Assembly: GCA_964438725.1 (NCBI GenBank)
Contig: CAYTLG010000001.1
Coordinates: 1-49,852 of the forward strand
DNA: 49,852 nucleotides
Direction: 5' to 3'
From: an uncultured Ruminococcus sp.
GTDB lineage: Bacteria > Bacillota > Clostridia > Oscillospirales > CAG-272
Position 1 is the stretch's first letter. Each line of letters begins with the position of its first letter. Both the position numbers and the translations under genes were made by a program. This document shows positions 37,020 through 46,746 of the stretch, in pieces. The notes beneath the pieces are model-generated. The model searched no databases, was not told the DNA's origin, and saw only the letters and a list, made by a program, of their open reading frames with translations.

Positions 37020-38027
37020 TTATTCGTTTTCCTGTGAATCTTTATTCCCCTCAGTGCTTGCACCGTAGTGAACATCCTCACGATACTGCTCAGGGATAGC
37101 GTGGTTGAGAGCCTCAAGAGCTACCTCAAGCTGAGTCAGGTCGGGTTCACGGGTGGTTATTCTCTGCATCCAAAGACCGGGGGCGGAAACTATTTTCACG
37201 AAAACATTGTCGTGTGCTCCTGCATAACGGATAAACTCAAAGCCAAGTCCTACGATGAGGGGAAGGGTGAGTATTTTAAGACCGAAGCGAATCCACACGT
37301 TATCCCAGCTCAGGAATGAGTTTACAACAATGGAGATAATGAGCATAACGAAGATAAAGCTGGTACCGCATCTGGGATGGAATCTGGTACACTTAGCGGC
37401 GTTTTCGGGAGTAAGGGGAAGTCCCTTTTCAAAGCAGGCAACGGACTTATGCTCCGCACCGTGGTACTCGTATGTACGACGCATATCGGGCATAAGTGAA
37501 GTCAGTGCGATATAGCCTACGAAAATTGCCATACGGATAAGTCCCTCGACCAATGCACGGAGGATATTGAACTTACCGATGAATCCGCCTGTAAGGAAGT
37601 CAAGACCTTTTGCGACAAATGTGGGGAGCATGAGGAACATACCTACACCGAGAGCAAGTCCGAGAACCATACCGATAGCGGTAACGAAGCTCATGAGTTT
37701 ATCACCGAACTTATCACAAAGCCATTTTTCAAATTTTGTTTCGGGTTCTTCCGTATCTATGCCCTGCATTTCTGCGGATTTTGTGAGCATATCCATAGAA
37801 AGTTTAAGCTGTTCTACGAAAGAGACGATACCTCTTATAATGGGGAGGTTAAAGAATTTATGCTTTTTACGGAGTGAAGTGAATTTGGAATTATCGAGGG
37901 CGATATTTCCATCTGGTGTTCTGACAGCGAGTGAACAATCGTCACCCGACTTCATCATTACGCCCTCAAGCACGGCCTGACCGCCGACGATACCTATACG
38001 AGGGTCTATGTTTTTTTTGTTTTTCAT
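37020..38027 (-). CDS. DUF1385 (YqhQ-like) membrane protein
   Basis: 335 aa with GGQAVLEGVMM near the N-terminus, YHGAEHK and several TMs. It is commonly found upstream of prmC in Firmicutes. Confidence 0.85.
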   Translation of the reverse strand: MKNKKNIDPRIGIVGGQAVLEGVMMKSGDDCSLAVRTPDGNIALDNSKFTSLRKKHKFFNLPIIRGIVSFVEQLKLSMDMLTKSAEMQGIDTEEPETKFEKWLCDKFGDKLMSFVTAIGMVLGLALGVGMFLMLPTFVAKGLDFLTGGFIGKFNILRALVEGLIRMAIFVGYIALTSLMPDMRRTYEYHGAEHKSVACFEKGLPLTPENAAKCTRFHPRCGTSFIFVMLIISIVVNSFLSWDNVWIRFGLKILTLPLIVGLGFEFIRYAGAHDNVFVKIVSAPGLWMQRITTREPDLTQLEVALEALNHAIPEQYREDVHYGASTEGNKDSQENE

Positions 38028-38062
38028 TTAATCTTTCCTTAGGGATGAATATAGTTTTTTCC

Positions 38063-38091
38063 ATTATAGCACTAATGGGAGTAGATGTCAA
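38063..38091 (-). promoter_or_regulatory. sigma-A type promoter of DUF1385-prmC
   Basis: On the minus strand: TTGACA (38091-38086), 17-nt spacer, TATAAT (38068-38063). Confidence 0.7.
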
Positions 38092-38157
38092 ACAAAACGT
38101 GGGGTTATGGTGGACTATGTAGGTGAGATTTTCTCCCTATGGATTACCCAATCGACT

Positions 38158-38268
38158 GGGTGGAGTTTGGCTAAAGGGATTTAGGAATTTTAGGTAAAAC
38201 TCAAGTCCCATTCAGCTTCAGGTGAAACCCAAGCCGTGGGGGGTACCAATAGGGGGCGAACCTCACCC
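38158..38268 (+). repeat. intergenic repeat family, copy E
   Basis: GGGTGGAGTTTGGCTAAAGGGATTTAGGAATTTTAGGTAAAACTCAAGTCCCATTCAGCTTCAGGTGAAACCCAAGCCGTGGGGGGTACCAATAGGGGGCGAACCTCACCC. The exact core is at 38212-38226. Confidence 0.88.
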
Positions 38269-38300
38269 ATTGCATCCCCACATTTTCTGTGCTATAATAT

Positions 38301-39389
38301 CTACGATTGCTTCTTTATTGCTTCAAATAGCCCACGTATGAATTCGTATATTACATCTCGCTCTTCTTTGCCGAGATTGCCGAATGTCCTTGAGGCCGCA
38401 AGTAGCTTCGGTAGCTGCTCACGCTCAAGCTCGCTTACAGTCTTTGCTCCCGTCGAGGACAGCACACCGAAAAATATCTCCGTAAACTCTCGACGCTTCT
38501 CTCCATCCAGCCTTCCAAGCCATTCTCGAAAGACCTCGTCGTGACGCTTTCCTCTCGCTGACATTGCAGATAAATGCACAAACTCTCGCCCCATTACCTT
38601 CCACGTGAACGGATTGTGCTGGAGTAAACCGTTTTTCGTGCTGCTCTCTATTACCTCAAGCTCCCGTCCACGGCATAACAGCATTCCCACAACGGACGAC
38701 TGCGGTACTATCGTGATTATCTTGTCCTCCATTGACGAAAATTCTTCGCTTTTTACTATTTCTTCCAAAAATCCGGGGCCGTCGTTGCTGTATGCCTTTA
38801 TGATACGCTCACGAACCTCGGCAGACGCAAATACCGCCGAATATACCGCAAGATTTCCGCCCTTTGAGTGACCGCCCGTGCGTATTCCACCCCGATATAC
38901 AGCAGATATATCACGCAGATACTCCGCCGCCATAGCCTGTGCAGGTACGGGATGAGTAAAGCTGAGGTTGAAGTCCTCGTGCCAGCCTACAAGAGTGTCG
39001 TCAGTTCCCCTGAACGCTACGTAAAGCGTGTTGTCGGGCAGAATGAACGTCACTGCCGAAAACTGTACGCACTCGTCCTCATCGGTTCTGCACCTGTACG
39101 CAGCCACATATACCTCACTGAATCTCGCAGAACGGGCAGCGGCTACAAAAAGGTCGTTCACAAGCGGTGGTACTATGTGACCGAAATTTTCACCCATCGG
39201 GTATTTTATCCTGTTCTCGTCAAAGCATTTGTCAAGTCTCACGGGCATACCGTACTCCGACTCCGACACCGCCGAAGAATAGTCAACAAACGAGAGCATG
39301 GACAGTATTATATTATCGACCTCGCAGAACGGAGAGGCAGAAAAGGTAACGTCTCCCCTCCATCTGATGTAATCAAGAATCGTGGACAT
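38301..39389 (-). CDS. Mbeg1-like / DUF2974 lipase-fold protein
   Basis: 362 aa. The N-terminal ILDYIRWRGDVTFSASPFCEVDNIILSMLSFVDY is the family hallmark. The nucleophile elbow is GHSKGG. Confidence 0.8.
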   Translation of the reverse strand: MSTILDYIRWRGDVTFSASPFCEVDNIILSMLSFVDYSSAVSESEYGMPVRLDKCFDENRIKYPMGENFGHIVPPLVNDLFVAAARSARFSEVYVAAYRCRTDEDECVQFSAVTFILPDNTLYVAFRGTDDTLVGWHEDFNLSFTHPVPAQAMAAEYLRDISAVYRGGIRTGGHSKGGNLAVYSAVFASAEVRERIIKAYSNDGPGFLEEIVKSEEFSSMEDKIITIVPQSSVVGMLLCRGRELEVIESSTKNGLLQHNPFTWKVMGREFVHLSAMSARGKRHDEVFREWLGRLDGEKRREFTEIFFGVLSSTGAKTVSELEREQLPKLLAASRTFGNLGKEERDVIYEFIRGLFEAIKKQS

Positions 39390-39473
39390 TGTTTTTCCCC
39401 CATTATTTTGCTATGTTTTTATATTACTCCATTTTTGTGAACCATACATGAATATTCAAAGAAAGGTTATGTT

Positions 39474-40559
39474 ATGACGGAAGCTGAATTTGCAAAAGAG
39501 ATACGTTCGGGCAGTACAAACGGCATCTATTTCCTTTGCGGAGATGAGGACTACCTCAAAAATCACTACACACGTGAGGCTGAAAAAAAGCTCGGCGAAA
39601 ACGACCCTATGGCTGCGTTCAACGTGATACGGCTCGATTTCGGTGAGGGTGAATGCAGGCTCGGTGAGATAGAAAACGCTCTTGCCGCACCGCCTATAAT
39701 GTCACCGACAAAGCTGACCGTGCTGTCGTTCGCCTCTCTTGACTCGATTAAGCAGAAGGACGGACTTCTTGAGCTTCTCGAACGGTACAGCGACACACCC
39801 GATTCTACGGTTATAGTAAAAGCATCGGGCGGTACATTTGACTGCGGAACGGAAAAAAAACCGTCATCGTTTGTACGCTCCATATCGAAATTTGCACGTG
39901 TAGTAAGGTTCGACTACCAATCTCCGCAGAAGCTCGCTTCATGGCTTTCACGTCACGCAGCGGAATATGGTGTAACTCTCACTGCGGAGGCTGCTTACTA
40001 CATGATACAGAGCTGTGGGCGGAGTATGTACACCCTCTCCGGTGAGATATCGAAGGCGGCAGCGTACACGGCGTGGAACGGAATGGGTGAAATAACGGCA
40101 GAGGTATGTGCGAAATGCTGTTCAAAGACCGATGAGGATGACGCATTCGGGCTTGCAAACGCACTCACGGACGGTGACACAGCGGCGGCATACGCACTCC
40201 TTGGCGTTAAAATGAGGCTGAGGCAGGACCCGTATATGCTTCTCGGACAGATAGCAAAGACGTTCTCCGACCTTGCAGCGGCATCCATATTCATTCGTGA
40301 GGGACGTGACGTTTCCGAATTTGCAAAGGGAATGAAGATACACGAATACCGTGCAGGGTTATACTACAAATCCGCAAAAAAGGCAAGCTACTCATACTTT
40401 ATGAATGCGGTAGAGCTATGTCGTGAGGCTGAGAGGAAGATGAAAACCCTGTCAAACCGTGGATACGGTGAGCTTGAGCTGCTGATAGGACTGCTTTCCC
40501 CTGCTCTGTTCACTGAGCCTGTTCCCGAAGAAAAAAAAGATTACGAGGAAGAAGAATGA
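39474..40559 (+). CDS. holA: DNA polymerase III subunit delta
   Basis: 361 aa. IYFLCGDEDYLK start, clamp-loader delta-like helical domains and an acidic C-tail. Confidence 0.8.
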   Translation: MTEAEFAKEIRSGSTNGIYFLCGDEDYLKNHYTREAEKKLGENDPMAAFNVIRLDFGEGECRLGEIENALAAPPIMSPTKLTVLSFASLDSIKQKDGLLELLERYSDTPDSTVIVKASGGTFDCGTEKKPSSFVRSISKFARVVRFDYQSPQKLASWLSRHAAEYGVTLTAEAAYYMIQSCGRSMYTLSGEISKAAAYTAWNGMGEITAEVCAKCCSKTDEDDAFGLANALTDGDTAAAYALLGVKMRLRQDPYMLLGQIAKTFSDLAAASIFIREGRDVSEFAKGMKIHEYRAGLYYKSAKKASYSYFMNAVELCREAERKMKTLSNRGYGELELLIGLLSPALFTEPVPEEKKDYEEEE

Positions 40560-41158
40560 AGCTGAGAATAAACATACCGATAATTGTAGAGGGAAGATAC
40601 GACAAGGCAAAGCTCTCTAACGTAATAGACGGAACGATACTTACGACGGAGGGATTTGGAATATTCCGCAACGAAGAAAAGCGTGCGTTGATACGAAAGC
40701 TCGGTCAGAACGGTATAGTGATACTATGCGACAGTGACGGTGGAGGAAAGGTGATACGTTCAAAGCTGCGTGGTATGCTTGGCGGAATAAAGATATACGA
40801 CCTATACACTCCGCAGATAGAGGGCAAGGAGAAACGAAAAGCAAGGCGTTCTGCTGCGGGATATCTTGGGGTAGAGGGAATCGGAGACGAGGTGCTTACT
40901 GAGATATTCGCAAAATTTGCGGAGGCACATCCTGATTTATTCGGTGGCAGTATAGGCACGGTCAGCACAATTACGACGGCTGAGTTATACGAGCTTGGAT
41001 TAAGTGGGGGTGAGAACTCCGTTGAGCTACGTGACGAATGCTGTCGGAAGTTAGGATTACCCTGTGGAATGAATGCGAAAAGTTTCCGTGAGGCACTGGG
41101 GATACTGAACGTGAGAGTTGGGGAGATACGGGAGATTCTCTCCCTTAACAAACCCTGA
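40556..41158 (+). CDS. Toprim-domain protein (DUF4093 / RNase M5-like)
   Basis: 200 aa. IIVEGRYDKAKL and ILCDSDGGGKVIRSKL are Toprim Glu and DxD motifs. An ATGA overlap with holA is present. Confidence 0.75.
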   Translation: MKLRINIPIIVEGRYDKAKLSNVIDGTILTTEGFGIFRNEEKRALIRKLGQNGIVILCDSDGGGKVIRSKLRGMLGGIKIYDLYTPQIEGKEKRKARRSAAGYLGVEGIGDEVLTEIFAKFAEAHPDLFGGSIGTVSTITTAELYELGLSGGENSVELRDECCRKLGLPCGMNAKSFREALGILNVRVGEIREILSLNKP

Positions 41159-41220
41159 TTTTAGGGATTATCCAAAGTTCTTTCAGCTTCAGGTGAAATC
41201 TCATAGGGCGAACCTCACCA
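41156..41220 (+). repeat. intergenic repeat family, copy F (short form, between plus-strand genes)
   Basis: TGATTTTAGGGATTATCCAAAGTTCTTTCAGCTTCAGGTGAAATCTCATAGGGCGAACCTCACCA. The exact core is at 41183-41197. It has the same absolute orientation as all other copies although both flanking genes are on the plus strand. Confidence 0.85.
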
Positions 41221-41250
41221 CAGGGTTAAACCGTAGGTTAAAAATTCCCC

Positions 41251-41279
41251 TTGACATTCTCCACTCCATTCTGTATAAT
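41251..41279 (+). promoter_or_regulatory. sigma-A type promoter of the glucokinase gene
   Basis: TTGACA (41251-41256), 17-nt spacer, TATAAT (41274-41279). Confidence 0.75.
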
Positions 41280-41322
41280 GTAAATATACAAAAAATCATC
41301 CTGTATCGGAGGAATTATTAAA

Positions 41323-42285
41323 ATGTACTACATCGGCGTGGACCTCGGCGGTACAAATATCGCTGTTGGTATCGTAAACGAAAATTACGAAATCGTAAAA
41401 AAAGGCAGTACCCCCACTAAACCCGAAAGAGGTGCAGACCCCATCATCGAAGATATGGCTGCCCTCGCTAAAAAGCTCGTTGCTGAATGTGACCTGACTC
41501 TCGCTGACATCGCTTGGGCGGGAATCGCTACTCCCGGTACGGCTAACAGCGACACCGGTATCGTTGAATACTCAAACAACATCCCCTTCCGTAACTACCC
41601 CATCGCCGATAAGCTCTCTGCTCTCCTCGATGGTACAAAGGTATATATCGAAAACGACGCTAACGCAGCAGCTAAGGCTGAAGCTATCGCAGGTGTAGCA
41701 AAGGGTGCTAAATACTCCGTTATGATTACACTCGGTACAGGTCTCGGTGGCGGTATCGTTCTCGAAAATAAGGTTTACTCCGGATTCAACTTCGCCGGTG
41801 CTGAACTCGGTCATACAGTTATCGAAAAGGGCGGTCGTCCCTGCACCTGCGGCAGAAAAGGCTGTTGGGAAGCATACAGCTCCGCAACAGGTCTCGTAAA
41901 CATCACTAAGGACCACATCGTTGCTGCCCGTGAAGCAGGTCGTGCTACTTCTATGGACGAAATGATTGGCGGCGATCTCTCTAAGGTTTCCGCTCGTACC
42001 GCTTTCACCGCTATGAAGGCAGGTGACGCTGTTGCTGCCGAAGTTGTTGACGAATACATCAGCTACCTCGCTTGCGGTATCGTTAATGTAATCAACATCT
42101 TCCAGCCCAACGTACTCTCCATCGGCGGCGGCGTTTGCAACGAAGGTGACTACCTCATGAAGCCTCTTCTCGAAAAGATTTGGGACGAAACATATTCTCG
42201 TGAGGGCACTCCCAAAACAGACATCAAAATCGCTAAACTCGGTAACGACGCAGGTATCATCGGTGCCGCAGTTCTCGGTATGTAA
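41323..42285 (+). CDS. glcK: ROK family glucokinase
   Basis: 320 aa. YIGVDLGGTNIAVGIV ATP-binding start and the ROK zinc motif GHTVIEKGGRPCTCGRKGCWEAY. Confidence 0.88.
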   Translation: MYYIGVDLGGTNIAVGIVNENYEIVKKGSTPTKPERGADPIIEDMAALAKKLVAECDLTLADIAWAGIATPGTANSDTGIVEYSNNIPFRNYPIADKLSALLDGTKVYIENDANAAAKAEAIAGVAKGAKYSVMITLGTGLGGGIVLENKVYSGFNFAGAELGHTVIEKGGRPCTCGRKGCWEAYSSATGLVNITKDHIVAAREAGRATSMDEMIGGDLSKVSARTAFTAMKAGDAVAAEVVDEYISYLACGIVNVINIFQPNVLSIGGGVCNEGDYLMKPLLEKIWDETYSREGTPKTDIKIAKLGNDAGIIGAAVLGM

Positions 42286-42304
42286 TTTTTACCATATAAT
42301 AACC

Positions 42305-42341
42305 AAAAGCTGTATGTTTGATTTCGCATACAGCTTTTTTC
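42305..42341. terminator. bidirectional intrinsic terminator
   Basis: AAAAGCTGTATG (42305-42316) pairs perfectly with CATACAGCTTTT (42327-42338), followed by a T-run. It lies between convergent genes. Confidence 0.88.
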
Positions 42342-42347
42342 TTTTGC

Positions 42348-43772
42348 TCAGATAATGTAAACTCCACCCTCTCTCGTGACCCCGTTTTTCAGGCGGAATT
42401 TTTTCTCAACCGACCAGTCATCCTCGTCATCATCGGGAATGTACACTCGTATCACGTTATCGCAGTTTTTGCGTTCTCCGCCTGTCGGAACGATTCCGCC
42501 AACCTGATTTATCTCGCTCTCGACCGTACTGAACACCGATACAGACAGCTCCGCAGTGAGATTCAAACCGTCTCCGTCCTCTCTTGCGTTCACGTCACAG
42601 ACCTGTATCATGCTTTTCAGTGGTCGTTTTTCCTCTCCGTCACACGAAAATCTGCTCTCGGATTCGTATTTTACGGGGAAATTTTCCTCTATAATGGTGT
42701 ATTCCCCATCTTTTTCCACAACAGAGCATAGGTTCACGTGACCTGCGACAGTGACCTTACCGCACGATGAAGAAACGCTGTCCACCTCTCCGCTACCGAA
42801 CGAAAAGACGTGCTTTGAATCCTGCTCCATCTTTATCCTGCCGCCGAAAGTGAGCCGTCCGCTTGCAACACCGTTGATGTTCATTGTCGGAATGGTAGTT
42901 ATTGTAAGCTCCTCGCTGTCTCTGTCGGGCAGAAAGGCATCAACTGCGACCTCATCCTCATGTTCTGCGGCAAGGTCAAAATCTACGGCATACTCCATGC
43001 TCCAGTGCAGGATATCGTCATCGGCAGTTATCTCCGTCATGGTAACTGTTGGAAATGCGGCACAGGCGGTCTTTTCGTCAATGTTATCGGGCATTGGTAA
43101 TTCATGGGTAACAGGCGTGCGTGTACGTGAAGTATAGATATGGTTATTTTTGTCTTTCAGCAGGAGTGTGAGGTATGCTTCACCGCTGAATCTGACCTTG
43201 TTTTCGGAGAGACGGACATCGGAGGTACAGATATTGGCGGAGGCGGCAATTATTGAATCAAGGTCATGTTCACGCAATTCACCTGAGCATTCGCCCTCTG
43301 CACGAAGTTCGCAGACTGATGCTGAGGTATGTGATTTTTTCAGCAGACGTGGGGCAAGGTCAGGTGGACAATCCATGGTGACGTTTTTCTGCTCGGCTGC
43401 GGCTGCGGAAAGTGAAACTTTTGAGGATAGGTTGAGCTTACGTGGTGAGAGGACACGGCAAGAGGAGGAATCAACGGAGGAAGTGGTGAGGAAAGCCTGA
43501 GGAGGGAGTGGAGATGAGGGTGGTATTTTGATTTTGGCGGTAAACGGTGAGGTATGGGAGGTTTGAGCGAGAGATTTATCGGCTGTGAGATAGAGGATAG
43601 AATAGGTAACGCTGCCATCGACCTCAAGGAAGGTATCGGATGAATACTTACCCTCGACTGAGACGGAGTTAGAGGAAGAAAGTACACGGCGGATTTCGGG
43701 GAAATAATCGGGGAGAGTGAAGTCCTCGGAAAGCTCCGCTATGGCATGAGAAGAGAAAGAAGTATAAGGCAT
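42348..43772 (-). CDS. DUF3794 (SPOCS) domain-containing protein, sporulation-associated family
   Basis: The start is set at ATG 43772 (MPYTSF) after AAAGGAAC. FTLPDYFPEIRRVLSSSNSVSVEGKY...VDGSVTYSILYL is the typical DUF3794 repeat pattern, and several repeats are present. Confidence 0.75.
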   Translation of the reverse strand: MPYTSFSSHAIAELSEDFTLPDYFPEIRRVLSSSNSVSVEGKYSSDTFLEVDGSVTYSILYLTADKSLAQTSHTSPFTAKIKIPPSSPLPPQAFLTTSSVDSSSCRVLSPRKLNLSSKVSLSAAAAEQKNVTMDCPPDLAPRLLKKSHTSASVCELRAEGECSGELREHDLDSIIAASANICTSDVRLSENKVRFSGEAYLTLLLKDKNNHIYTSRTRTPVTHELPMPDNIDEKTACAAFPTVTMTEITADDDILHWSMEYAVDFDLAAEHEDEVAVDAFLPDRDSEELTITTIPTMNINGVASGRLTFGGRIKMEQDSKHVFSFGSGEVDSVSSSCGKVTVAGHVNLCSVVEKDGEYTIIEENFPVKYESESRFSCDGEEKRPLKSMIQVCDVNAREDGDGLNLTAELSVSVFSTVESEINQVGGIVPTGGERKNCDNVIRVYIPDDDEDDWSVEKKFRLKNGVTREGGVYII

Positions 43773-43852
43773 ATGGGTTCCTTTCGTCATGTGTGGGTCT
43801 TTTTGATAAAAGATATGTTAGAAAAAGGAGCGATAGAACTGCGGTAGTGGTA

Positions 43853-43942
43853 TTCCAAAAGGATTTAGTCAAACCAAAGTCCCCTCAGCTTCAGGTGAAT
43901 CCCAAGCCACGGGGTATCAAATAGGGCGACCGTCAACCTACC
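43853..43942 (+). repeat. intergenic repeat family, copy G
   Basis: ...CCAAAAGGATTTAGTCAAACCAAAGTCCCCTCAGCTTCAGGTGAATCCCAAGCCACGGGGTATCAAATAGGGCGACCGTCAACCTACC. The exact core is at 43885-43899. The right end, TCAACCTACC (43933-43942), contains the spoIIE stop codon. Confidence 0.88.
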
Positions 43943-46344
43943 CTCATCACTCCGCACGTTATGTCATCCCTTGAGCCTCTCACTGCCGCCTCACTTACTA
44001 TCGCCATTGCAGCCTCTCGCTCTCCTCCGTGAAGTATCACATCGTCTGTAACCATCATGTCAAGCAGCCACGGTACCTCGTCATATGACCTCGCAGCCCC
44101 GTCAGATAACATTACTATCGTGTCTCCTCGCTCTATGTCAAACTTTATCATCTCCGCATCTAACGCACGTATTATCCCAATCGGTACCGTCTTTGATTGA
44201 AGCCTGTATATCGAACCTCCCCTTAACACAAACGACGGTGCCGCACCCGACTTTATAAACCTCGCCTCGCCTGTGTATAAGTCCACCTCACATATGTCCA
44301 TCGTTGCCGAGCATTCTCGCCCTACGTCCCGTAAGATCCTGTTCAGCAGCTTTAACGCACTCTCAAGCTCTGCTCCGCCCTCAATATACTCCCTCAGTAG
44401 TGTCACAGCCATGCCCGACATCACGGCAGCCTCACGACCGCTTCCCATGCCGTCCGATATCACCATATATTGCCGTCCCATTGATTCAAACGTCACTATG
44501 CTGTCCCCCGATACCGTCTCAGGCGGCTCGTCACTTATCGTTATCGTTCGCTCACATACTGCTTCTTTTGCCATTTTATGACAGTATCTCTCGATTCCAC
44601 CAGCCGACATCGTGTACGTTCCGCTCCTCGTTTTCAGCTGCCTTGCCGACTCTATCCGCATGGAAAGAACCGCTCCGTCAAGTGAAAACTCCGGCTGTGT
44701 GAACTCTCCACCCAGTATCTCCGTGATAAGCCGTCGGATATCGTCACCACCCAACCGTGTTGAACTGAGATCTATATCCCCGATGTACACACGACGATGC
44801 CTGTCACCGTATACCTTTACTCCCGTCGCATGGAAATTATTGTAAGACAACAGCTTTGCCAAACGTGCGGATTCCTCCCTGTTTTCGCGGAACTCGTCGC
44901 AAAGGCTTTTATCCATCGTGCAGAGAAGCTCACCGACCGCCGCCATATCCTCAGCCGCAACTGTGAGAAAATCACCCTCACGCATACCCCTGACACGCAG
45001 AGACACCACAGAATTTATATCGTCTATCATTCGCCCGACGTTGTAGCAGAACGATGCCGTTTTTGCCGATACATCCCCTGCCCCGACCTCACCGACCGAC
45101 CGCAGTTTCTCGCTCATTCCGTGCCTTATTTCGTTCCGTGCGGTGCATTTTTCCCGATTTTTGCACAGTCCGCAGTACCGTGACACCGTATCCTCAACGA
45201 TTTCGTCAAGCTCCGTATCACGTGGCCTACGCAGCTTTTCAGCAACTCCGTTCATGACAGCGGACGACCGCACAAGTGAGCCGGCAAAGCTGCTGACACG
45301 TCCACGATACTCCTCTCCTGAGCGTTGTGCTACCTCGGTAACTGCCAAATTTTTCACAAGGCTTGCACCGAACAGCTTATCCGAAATGACGTTTATCTTC
45401 ATTCCTAGAACAGGTGCGGTCAGCAGGCAGGCGGATACTATTGGCGGAAAAAACTCGACAAATCCGTTCAGACCGTTGGTTAGTACACTATATGCTGAGG
45501 TAGCGGCGGTGATTATTGACAGAGATAGTGGTGTAGATGTTTTTCCGACGAATGCGGTAGTTGCGGCGGCTATGGCAAGATTTGGTATTACAGAGGGAGA
45601 TATTGCCATTCCGCATGAGACGGCAGTTGTAATTCCACGATATGCCCCGAACTTTGCCGTGATTAGTATAGTCATGATTGCGGAAAAGGCTATGCCACAA
45701 TCCAGCGGTGCATTTACGGTATGGCTGAGTGAATATGCGGTCACGCCCATTATGAAAAACACTCCGATTTCACCCACGACTGACGAGCGGAGACGTTTTT
45801 CGGTTGCGGAGTAGGCAAGGTAGGTAACAAGAGGTGTGGTCAGGGTAGAAAAAACCGCTCCGAAAAGGTAATAATAGGAGAAATCTCCCAACACGGTATT
45901 CCAAATTCCGCTGACGAGAGCTGCGGCCGAGGACAACATCATACGCAGTCGTATATTTTCGTCAAGAGAGGCATTTTTCACGAGCGACATGGTAGATTTT
46001 GGTTTATCATCTGTTGTACCTGCGGTCAGTGCAGTGGTGATTTTTGACTTATCGAGGTAGAGGTTGAGTGCGACACGAGCGGCAAAGGTTAGGGCAAGCA
46101 GGAGCGAATAATAGCCCCCGAAGGATGGAATAAAAAGTGAACCTACGACTGAGCCGAGGAATATCGGAAGAAGCGACTTGAGTGACGAGACAGCGGAAAC
46201 AAAAGCAATCCCAAGCGGATAAGTAAATGGAAACAGCTGGGTTTGAGCGAGTACGATTGACAGGATAAAAACGGCGATAGGAGCGAATGGAAAATTGAAT
46301 TTTGCGGCATGATTTTTAGCGGAAGCGACACGAATCTCTTTCAT
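43933..46344 (-). CDS. spoIIE: stage II sporulation protein E (PP2C phosphatase with polytopic N-domain)
   Basis: The start is set at ATG 46344 (MKEIRVASAK) after GAGGTG. It has about 10 N-terminal TMs and a C-terminal PP2C domain (MVISDGMGSG ... IVMLSDGA ... DDITCGVMRV). Confidence 0.9.
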   Translation of the reverse strand: MKEIRVASAKNHAAKFNFPFAPIAVFILSIVLAQTQLFPFTYPLGIAFVSAVSSLKSLLPIFLGSVVGSLFIPSFGGYYSLLLALTFAARVALNLYLDKSKITTALTAGTTDDKPKSTMSLVKNASLDENIRLRMMLSSAAALVSGIWNTVLGDFSYYYLFGAVFSTLTTPLVTYLAYSATEKRLRSSVVGEIGVFFIMGVTAYSLSHTVNAPLDCGIAFSAIMTILITAKFGAYRGITTAVSCGMAISPSVIPNLAIAAATTAFVGKTSTPLSLSIITAATSAYSVLTNGLNGFVEFFPPIVSACLLTAPVLGMKINVISDKLFGASLVKNLAVTEVAQRSGEEYRGRVSSFAGSLVRSSAVMNGVAEKLRRPRDTELDEIVEDTVSRYCGLCKNREKCTARNEIRHGMSEKLRSVGEVGAGDVSAKTASFCYNVGRMIDDINSVVSLRVRGMREGDFLTVAAEDMAAVGELLCTMDKSLCDEFRENREESARLAKLLSYNNFHATGVKVYGDRHRRVYIGDIDLSSTRLGGDDIRRLITEILGGEFTQPEFSLDGAVLSMRIESARQLKTRSGTYTMSAGGIERYCHKMAKEAVCERTITISDEPPETVSGDSIVTFESMGRQYMVISDGMGSGREAAVMSGMAVTLLREYIEGGAELESALKLLNRILRDVGRECSATMDICEVDLYTGEARFIKSGAAPSFVLRGGSIYRLQSKTVPIGIIRALDAEMIKFDIERGDTIVMLSDGAARSYDEVPWLLDMMVTDDVILHGGEREAAMAIVSEAAVRGSRDDITCGVMRVG

Positions 46345-46540
46345 AAAGCACCTCGAATTAAATAGAATTAGTATGGGGACATTATAATTCATGGGGGATG
46401 AAAATTCCGATGGAAAATAGGCATGGGGAAATGGCACCTTAGGCGACAAGGTGTGCATTTTGCGATGGAAATGGGGATAGGCAGAATTTCCGTGATGAAA
46501 CCGAGCAAATCCTCATGGGAAAAGGGATAGGAAATAGTGT

Positions 46541-46610
46541 GGAACTAAAGACAAACCAAAGTCACGTCAGCTTCAGGTGAATCCCAAACACACCAAACCT
46601 CACGTCAGTG
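46541..46610 (+). repeat. intergenic repeat family, copy H (between divergent genes)
   Basis: GGAACTAAAGACAAACCAAAGTCACGTCAGCTTCAGGTGAATCCCAAACACACCAAACCTCACGTCAGTG. The exact core is at 46567-46581. Confidence 0.85.
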
Positions 46611-46659
46611 GAATTATTATGAAATTAAAAAAGAACTACGGTCTTTTTACTCTTTTTCC

Positions 46660-46688
46660 TTGACATTTTGCCTAAAATATTGTACAAT
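46660..46688 (+). promoter_or_regulatory. sigma-A type promoter of the Gfo/Idh/MocA gene
   Basis: TTGACA (46660-46665), 17-nt spacer, TACAAT (46683-46688). Confidence 0.7.
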
Positions 46689-46746
46689 CATCACATAACC
46701 ACTTGCATTGTATTGTGGTTATGCATCTCTACATTTGTATATCATT

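Noticed and set aside
38251-38268. tRNA T-arm-like GGTTCG in the right arm of the repeat (rc GGGTGAGGTTCGCCCC), and a small GC hairpin there
   Set aside because: There is no acceptor, anticodon or D-arm context, so it is not tRNA-derived. The 5-bp hairpin is formable in copies C, E and F but not in G, H or D, so I do not claim a conserved structure.
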